Shown here piece after piece: positions 58,322-64,000 of a DNA stretch of 64,000 bases. Below the pieces are notes generated by a model. It was given only the letters and a program-made list of their open reading frames with translations, did not search any database and had not been told where the DNA came from. Source of the DNA: a bacterium (GTDB lineage: Bacteria; Hinthialibacterota; Hinthialibacteria; Hinthialibacterales; G963663365). Within the stretch, counting starts at the first letter, position 1. Each line of letters begins with the position of its first letter. Both the position numbers and the translations under genes were made by a program. The stretch covers positions 875,209 through 939,208 of the forward strand of contig CAXXIH010000001.1 in NCBI GenBank assembly GCA_963663365.2, given 5' to 3'.

Positions 58322-58866
58322 TGTTTGTTATCTCCTTCGGCATTATTTCGTCTATTTATCGATTTCAATTTTTCCTGGTCTGTGAACCGGTTATCAGCAA
58401 TCCATTCTTTGTTGGCCGTGTCTTTCGCTTTGCTGTGATCCAGCCAGCCATTGTGAGAAGTCTCGAAACAATCAAACGGCGGGTGATAGGGCTTAATGTC
58501 GATAAGCGGAGTTCCATCCAGCATGTCCACATCTTCGACCTGTAGAATACGTCCTTCGACTCCAAGCAATTTCACGGATGACATGCCGATTGGATTCGGG
58601 CGGCAAGGAGCGCGTGTCGCGAAAAGACCGTGAGGTTCTGTATCCATATAGGGTGTTACGATCAGTTTTGTTTCTTTGGCGCGATGAAACCAATACAGAA
58701 GCCATATTCGCTCCATGCCTTCGATATCCTTTAGCGCCTCGGCAAAGGGAGGATAGATTTCAATTTCGCCCCGTGCTCCGCGCGCGGCCCGTGGTTGGAT
58801 CGGAGTACCCTGCGCATCTTGAAATGGCGTGTGAATGATTCCTATGGGCTGAACATGCATTTCCAT
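58318..58866 (-). CDS. TsaA/TrmO (YaeB, UPF0066) family SAM-dependent methyltransferase-like protein
   Basis: IGIIHTPF, GLFATRAPCRPNPIGMSSVKL and LDGTPLIDIKPY align with E. coli TrmO motifs. Its start overlaps the permease stop (TAATG). Confidence 0.8.
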   Translation of the reverse strand: MEMHVQPIGIIHTPFQDAQGTPIQPRAARGARGEIEIYPPFAEALKDIEGMERIWLLYWFHRAKETKLIVTPYMDTEPHGLFATRAPCRPNPIGMSSVKLLGVEGRILQVEDVDMLDGTPLIDIKPYHPPFDCFETSHNGWLDHSKAKDTANKEWIADNRFTDQEKLKSINRRNNAEGDNKQ

Positions 58867-60182
58867 TAAGACACCTCATGCCCGGTGAAACATGCGCCGT
58901 AAAGAATCCCGCTAAGTGTGGCCATGACAATGACCAGGAGGACGAATACAACGGTCTTTTTTGTGCCCATAACACTGCGGATCACAAGCATGTTGGGTAG
59001 CGATAACGCCGGTCCGGCGAGCAGAAGAGCCAAAGCCGGACCTTTCCCCATACCGTTCCCAATTAGGCCTTCAAGAATTGGGACTTCGGTTAAAGTTGCG
59101 AAATACATAAATGCGCCGGCCACAGAGGCAAAACAATTGGCTTGAAAAGAGTTCCCGCCTACTGCGCTGACAATCCATGAGGAAGGAATCAGGCCTTCAT
59201 GCCCCGGTCTCCCCAGCAGAAGTCCGGCAATCAGTACGCCGGCGAATAAAAGCGGGAGGATTTGTTTCGCGAAGGTCCATGAAGAGCCGAACCATTCGCC
59301 CAACTCACCGTCATCGTTACAAACGATTAAGGAAAGACCGATGATTGCCGTGCTAAATGCAAATAAAGGATCTTCAGGAACCAGAGCGGCCAAGAGAATC
59401 ACAGGGATCGAGGCCAAAAGAACGCGGCGCCATGACAGACCAAACCAAAAAATGAGAATCAATGCAAAAATGATTCCGAATATGCTTGTGATGATCCATT
59501 TGGAAGCATAAAGCGCATGCCATATTCCGGTGGTTTCCATTGGCTTTCCCCAATTGGCGAATACCAGAATTCCAACCATGGCAACGAAATACACAGTGTT
59601 TTGCCAAAGCGGCCGTGCCGCCTCGGCTTCAGGAATTTGCGCCTGAGCAAGGACTTTCTCGGCTTCTTCCTTGCGGAAGATCAAATGCATTAAGAGTCCA
59701 ATGATGATGCTGAAGAGAATGGCTCCAACCGCGCGCGCGATGCCCAGTTCCAGGCCGAGGACACGGGCTGTGAGAATGATCGCCAAAATGTTGATAGCGG
59801 GGCCGGAATAAAGGAACGCTGTGGCCGGACCCAGGCCCGCACCCATGCGGTAGATGCCGGCAAACAGCGGCAAAACGGTGCAGGAACAGACGGCGAGAAT
59901 CGTTCCGGATACAGAGGCTACTCCATAAGCCAGTATTTTATTGGCGCCCGCACCGAGATATTTCATAACCGAGGCTTGGCTTAAAAAAACCGAAATGGCT
60001 CCAGCGATAAAGAAAGCGGGCAGCAGGCATAAGAGAACATGCTCCCGAGCGTACCATTTCACCAAGTGGAGCGATTCAAGTAACGCGTTGTCGAAACGCG
60101 CCAAACCCACCGGCATGAAAAAGCAAAGCAGGAATACGGTTGCCAATACCGCGAGCGATTTCCATTCGCTTTTCCAAAACAT
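58866..60182 (-). CDS. arsP: ArsP-type (DUF318/YraQ family) permease
   Basis: 438-aa polytopic ORF with a vicinal-Cys motif LAVCSCTVLPLFAGIY and SGPAINILAI. Confidence 0.65.
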   Translation of the reverse strand: MFWKSEWKSLAVLATVFLLCFFMPVGLARFDNALLESLHLVKWYAREHVLLCLLPAFFIAGAISVFLSQASVMKYLGAGANKILAYGVASVSGTILAVCSCTVLPLFAGIYRMGAGLGPATAFLYSGPAINILAIILTARVLGLELGIARAVGAILFSIIIGLLMHLIFRKEEAEKVLAQAQIPEAEAARPLWQNTVYFVAMVGILVFANWGKPMETTGIWHALYASKWIITSIFGIIFALILIFWFGLSWRRVLLASIPVILLAALVPEDPLFAFSTAIIGLSLIVCNDDGELGEWFGSSWTFAKQILPLLFAGVLIAGLLLGRPGHEGLIPSSWIVSAVGGNSFQANCFASVAGAFMYFATLTEVPILEGLIGNGMGKGPALALLLAGPALSLPNMLVIRSVMGTKKTVVFVLLVIVMATLSGILYGACFTGHEVS

Positions 60183-60206
60183 TGTTTAAATCCAATCTTT
60201 GTCCTC

Positions 60207-60228
60207 TATTTGGCAAAATCGCCAAATA
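60207..60228. promoter_or_regulatory. Candidate ArsR operator (internal, between arsR and the permease gene)
   Basis: TATTTGGC-AAAATC-GCCAAATA, a perfect 8-bp inverted repeat. Confidence 0.5.
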
Positions 60229-60243
60229 TGTAGGCAAAAAAAA

Positions 60244-60561
60244 TCAAACCAGTTCCAGCTGTTCTTTAATTGAGTTTTCGATTACGCCTTCGATGCAAGA
60301 AAAAACCTTCATGACGCAGGGTGTCCGAAGCTGATAGTAAACTTGCACACCCCGTTTTTGGTCTTTGATGAGTCCGGCGCTCTTAAGAACCGAGAGATGC
60401 TTGGAAACGGTGGACACATCCGCACCGATCATCTCTGTAAGTTCGCAAACGCATGTTTCTTGTTCTGCCAATCGATCAAGAATAAAGAGGCGGGTGGGGT
60501 GAGCCATCGCCTTCACAATCCTCGCGCGTGCTTCATAACGTGCTCTGTCCTTGGCATTCAT
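60244..60561 (-). CDS. arsR: ArsR/SmtB-family metalloregulator
   Basis: HPTRLFILDRLAEQETCVCELTEMIGADVSTVSKHLSVLKSAGLI, with the CVC metalloid site in the helix before the HTH. GGAG lies 6-7 nt upstream of the ATG. Confidence 0.85.
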   Translation of the reverse strand: MNAKDRARYEARARIVKAMAHPTRLFILDRLAEQETCVCELTEMIGADVSTVSKHLSVLKSAGLIKDQKRGVQVYYQLRTPCVMKVFSCIEGVIENSIKEQLELV

Positions 60562-60572
60562 AACGGACTCCT

Positions 60573-60602
60573 TATTTGGCGATTATACCAAATAGCCAAA
60601 TA
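60573..60602. promoter_or_regulatory. Candidate ArsR operator/promoter region upstream of arsR
   Basis: TATTTGGCGATTATACCAAATAGCCAAATA carries the same half-site as 60207-60228 (TATTTGGC / CCAAATA / GCCAAATA). Confidence 0.5.
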
Positions 60603-60691
60603 ACAACAAGGCTATATAACGATATTATGAAATCGAATGGGATTGATCATGGATTGGCGTCTATTCTGAGATTGCCGCTGTAGATGTGTGT

Positions 60692-62482
60692 TTACTGTAA
60701 TATGGTTATGGATACCGGATCCAACTTGGCCTCTCGCAAAGTGTTATTTACGTAGAGGTCCAAAGTCAGCGGTTCTTCGTTCATGTTTAGCACATAAACT
60801 TCACCCGATGTCATTTTTGAAACAAAAACGCCATCGTGTTTTGAGGACAACGGCCAAGTGTTATCTAATCTGTTTTGCGTTTCTAAACCGATTTTCTCAA
60901 TGGAAAGAGTCCCATTACCGATTGGGTTCATGCGGTCCAGTATATTTTCATAGACTCTTGGCATATATCCATCTTCGAGGCGCACGATGACCTTGTAACG
61001 CTCCAGCGCACCGGCGTCAATCATTCTTTCGTCCACAAAATCGTAATCAATGAAAGAGCGCAAGTTTCTGGCGCGCTCATGATAACGGTTGAAGAATTCC
61101 CGGTCATTTAAAATCAAAGCACTCGTAGGATAGACCACGGCAACATCGATTTTGGGTTGGTGGTGTTCCAACATCTGCCGGTAACGATTAAAGCGTTCGG
61201 TTGCCAATGGGCTGGCGATGGGATTGCCGTATTCAAATAAATGGTCCGCACCGGAAGTGACGGCATTGTAGATTCGCGCCACCACACCTTTTTCATCTAC
61301 AGGTCCGGCCGGTTCGAGTCCGAATGGAACGCCATAAAAACGGCAGGAGGAAGCCACCAAGCGAGTTAAAACAAAATTCGCCGGGTAATTGCTGGCTTCA
61401 TTGGTGATCCGGATACCCGTCTCGGCGGTTCCCGTGCGTGTCCATGCGCAAACTTCTGCGTTGCCGGAGAAATCACTTCCATGTTCCGGACTCATATCAC
61501 CGCCGGTTACAAGAAAAATCTTCACATAAGGAAAATACCGCCGCGCCAATCGGAGCCAATCTTCGGCGTAATTGTTCATCGACTGCCGGTACCATTCGAC
61601 TTGCCAAAGCCAGGCTTCATCGCTGGCGGCTTCATTTCGCGGGACTGGGCGCACCTCATCCCAACTTGAGTACTGTGTGTTCCATAACTCGTTGAGCACA
61701 TCAAGCCGGCCATACGCGGTACGAACATCCTTTTGAAAATCAGCAATGGCGTAAGTATCGCCGCACCAAAATCCCGGGTGCGTGTGATAACGGTCTTTGC
61801 CTTGGTCGGAAGGATGATTGCTGTGTGGATCATTAAAATAAGTCCACATGTTTCCGGACACCGGGTAGATGGCTTCGCCAAAATCTCCACTGATCCCCAA
61901 GAGAACCGATTCGTAGTCTGAAGCGTCGTTCCAGTGTTCGGAGATTTGGGCCATCAACATGTCGGCACGACGGAGCACGTGTGGATTCCAGATCGATTGA
62001 GTTCGTGTTTCCAGATTGTGCTCCATGCATACGGCAAACACATTTTCGTTGGACTCCTTAAACCAATCGGGAACGCTATAAGCCGGTCCAAGAATAATAA
62101 AAGGTGTCCAACGTAAACCGCGCGACCAGATCGATTCTGTTAGTACGTCGTAATAAGAGAAATCCCACTGGCCGGGTTGCGGTTCGAGTAAACTCCATTT
62201 CACATAGGGTTGGAAACTTGTCATACCGATTGTGGAAAGGCGGTCGACAAAATGGATTCCGTCTTTGAGCCACAAGCGGACGCGGTCACGGTTATCGAGA
62301 GATGCATCGCGGCCTTGATAGGCAACATCATTGCCACAGACGATGTCCATTTGCCGCTCGAATTCATCCAGGTCCGTTTCCTGTGCTTGAAGACATGGGA
62401 CTACATAGAGGCACAGCATGGCGGGAAACAGTGCCTTCCATACCCGGTTCGATACGGAATTTCGATAAGAGGATTGCTTCAT
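60692..62482 (-). CDS. Secreted glycoside hydrolase, clan GH-A TIM-barrel type (GH42-like)
   Basis: Signal-like N-terminus ALFPAMLCLYVVPCLQAQ. The segment VKWSLLEPQPGQWDFSYYDVL...GLRW is typical of GH-A enzymes. The family assignment is tentative. Confidence 0.5.
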   Translation of the reverse strand: MKQSSYRNSVSNRVWKALFPAMLCLYVVPCLQAQETDLDEFERQMDIVCGNDVAYQGRDASLDNRDRVRLWLKDGIHFVDRLSTIGMTSFQPYVKWSLLEPQPGQWDFSYYDVLTESIWSRGLRWTPFIILGPAYSVPDWFKESNENVFAVCMEHNLETRTQSIWNPHVLRRADMLMAQISEHWNDASDYESVLLGISGDFGEAIYPVSGNMWTYFNDPHSNHPSDQGKDRYHTHPGFWCGDTYAIADFQKDVRTAYGRLDVLNELWNTQYSSWDEVRPVPRNEAASDEAWLWQVEWYRQSMNNYAEDWLRLARRYFPYVKIFLVTGGDMSPEHGSDFSGNAEVCAWTRTGTAETGIRITNEASNYPANFVLTRLVASSCRFYGVPFGLEPAGPVDEKGVVARIYNAVTSGADHLFEYGNPIASPLATERFNRYRQMLEHHQPKIDVAVVYPTSALILNDREFFNRYHERARNLRSFIDYDFVDERMIDAGALERYKVIVRLEDGYMPRVYENILDRMNPIGNGTLSIEKIGLETQNRLDNTWPLSSKHDGVFVSKMTSGEVYVLNMNEEPLTLDLYVNNTLREAKLDPVSITILQ

Positions 62483-62662
62483 TGAGAAGTCCCGTACCCA
62501 CAGCATACCACGGCGTAGCGCCTTGCAAGCCCGTGATGGAGTTCATGTCCATTCCCCTGCTTGATGGATTTGCGCGGCACTACGCTAGTTTGGTTGATGG
62601 AAGTTCTAGTTTTATGTGGCTTTATAGGAACTCCCAATCGTGAATATGCAAAGGAATATGTG

Positions 62663-63415
62663 ATGATGCAACCGATATCGTTGCAAATGTATACCGTGCG
62701 AGACGAAGGTGAGAGAGATTATGCCGATGCGTTGAGGCGGGTAGCGGAAGTCGGCTACCGGGCTGTTGAGCTTGCCGGATGCCCCTTGAGTGCTTCGGAA
62801 TTGAAACAAGCGGTTTCTGACATTGGCCTGACAATTTCCGGCGCTCATGCCGGATACGAGCAGCTACGAGACAATCCCCAGGAAGCCATCGACTTTAATC
62901 TTGAGCTTGGAATTCGCTTTCTTATTTTGCCTTGTCTTGATGAGGAATACCGGGCCGATGAAGAAGGATGGAAGAAGACCGGCGGCGTCATGAACGAAAT
63001 AGGACAGCGCTGCAAAGAGAACGGTTTGGTATTTTGTTACCACAATCACAATTTTGAATTTGAGAGATTCAATGGCCGGTATGGTCTGGATATTCTGGCT
63101 GAGTGTACGGAATCCGAGTTGGTGCAACTCGAAGCCGACACCTATTGGATTCAGTATGCCGGTGAAGATCCCGCCGCCTTTATCAGCAAGCATCGTGGAC
63201 GTTGCCCGCTTGTGCATATCAAAGATATGGCGGCCGGCCCCGGCCGTGAATTCGCCGAGGTTGGGACCGGAATCTTGGATTGGATGAATATCTTTTCGGC
63301 GTGTGATACATCCGGTGTGGAATGGCTGATTGTTGAGCAAGACCGCTGTGCGAGGCCGGTGTGGGAAAGTATCCAAATCAGCCTGAATCGGCTCAAAGAA
63401 ATGGGGAGAGTCTGA
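62663..63415 (+). CDS. Sugar phosphate isomerase/epimerase (xylose isomerase-like TIM barrel)
   Basis: QMYTVRD...GYRAVELAG...CYHNHNFEF...EADTYW...HIKD pattern. ATG 62663 has AAGGAA upstream. Confidence 0.7.
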   Translation: MMQPISLQMYTVRDEGERDYADALRRVAEVGYRAVELAGCPLSASELKQAVSDIGLTISGAHAGYEQLRDNPQEAIDFNLELGIRFLILPCLDEEYRADEEGWKKTGGVMNEIGQRCKENGLVFCYHNHNFEFERFNGRYGLDILAECTESELVQLEADTYWIQYAGEDPAAFISKHRGRCPLVHIKDMAAGPGREFAEVGTGILDWMNIFSACDTSGVEWLIVEQDRCARPVWESIQISLNRLKEMGRV

Positions 63416-63515
63416 TATTACTAAACTTAAGGGCAATCGATTACTCCTGGCGACATACGGTCCATAGCATGTATACTAGTCGGATTAGATAACTTTCAAT
63501 GAGAGGATTGTTCCC

Positions 63516-64000
63516 ATGGGAAAAATGAATCGTAGATCAGCAATGAAGATGACGGCTGGCACTGCCGGTGCTGTAGCCGCCGCGCAACTGATTGGAACCT
63601 CGAAATCGTGGGCGGGCGCCAATGACACCATCCGCATTGCGGTTTTGGGTGTGAATGGACGCGGAAGATCGCATATTAATGGCCATCAACCGGCGGAGAA
63701 CGTCGAAGTCGTTACCTTGTGTGATCCTGATGAGCAGATTCTGGCCCAAAGGGCTAAAGAATTCGGCGAAAAATACAATAAAACCTTCAAGACTGAGACC
63801 GACCTTCGCCGGGTTTTGGACGATCCGGACATTGATGCCGTGAGTATCGCTACGCCGAATCATTGGCACTCGCTGGCAGTGATTTGGGCTTGCCAGGCCG
63901 GCAAAGATGCTTATGTCGAAAAGCCCGGCTCGCATAACATTTATGAAGGCCGCAAAATGATTGAAGCTGCGCACAAGTATAACCGCATTGTGCAACATGG
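63516..64000 (+). CDS. Gfo/Idh/MocA-family oxidoreductase with a Tat signal, N-terminal fragment (3' end outside the window)
   Basis: It is not in the ORF track because it runs off the end of the window. Read by hand: MGKMNRRSAMKMTAGTAGAVAAAQLIG...IRIAVLGVNGRGRSH...DAVSIATPNHWH...EKP. Confidence 0.75.
   Translation, partial: MGKMNRRSAMKMTAGTAGAVAAAQLIGTSKSWAGANDTIRIAVLGVNGRGRSHINGHQPAENVEVVTLCDPDEQILAQRAKEFGEKYNKTFKTETDLRRVLDDPDIDAVSIATPNHWHSLAVIWACQAGKDAYVEKPGSHNIYEGRKMIEAAHKYNRIVQH

Noticed and set aside
63537-63998. 153-aa minus-strand ORF at the window end
   Set aside because: It is antisense to a clear Gfo/Idh/MocA oxidoreductase N-terminus with a Tat signal on the plus strand (63516 onward), which has recognisable Rossmann and family motifs.

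Overview
This is a 64-kb bacterial chromosomal window, densely coded and just over 50% GC by eye outside one island. No database searches were run. Every call rests on motifs read from the supplied translations and on the raw DNA.

Core content, in order:
- the 3' end of a membrane-bound group-4 [NiFe]-hydrogenase-like (Ehr-type) operon (1-4043)
- a GH36-like alpha-galactosidase, purQ and a ribose-type sugar ABC transporter
- a DUF2723 membrane protein, a STAS protein, a homocysteine-methyltransferase-domain protein, pssA and a NifU-like protein
- a response-regulator/PP2C phosphatase, engB and secA
- an arsS plus AhpD-like pair, an O-antigen-ligase-like protein and a cNMP-binding protein
- an 879-aa low-complexity surface protein, a ROK glucokinase, uvrA and an AEC transporter
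- a pseudopilin, a sulfatase and several very large secreted glycoside-hydrolase-like proteins
- an orphan beta-class DNA methyltransferase
- a seven-gene organoarsenical-type ars operon (56386-60561, minus strand), followed by an ORF that resembles the Hedgehog N-terminal/LAS zinc-hydrolase domain

The pseudopilin, the sulfatase and the many large secreted hydrolases suggest a PVC-superphylum-like polysaccharide degrader. That is inference only.

The accessory region is about 6575-12027, an integrase-less integration hotspot at tRNA-Asn(GUU). It holds five copies or partial copies of the tRNA 3' end and flank, three of them in a 177-bp tandem array. It also holds a truncated GIY-YIG gene, a DUF3800 gene, a perfect 10-bp x ~12 tandem repeat and a strongly AT-rich four-gene minus-strand operon (6587-9314).

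That operon is the best candidate for an undescribed system. It is led by a SEFIR/TIR-domain gene that is separated from the next ORF only by an in-frame TAA and 39 sense codons with no start codon. The second ORF is coupled by an ATGA overlap to a single-pass membrane protein. I read this as a Thoeris/SEFIR-like anti-phage module with an unrecognised effector half.
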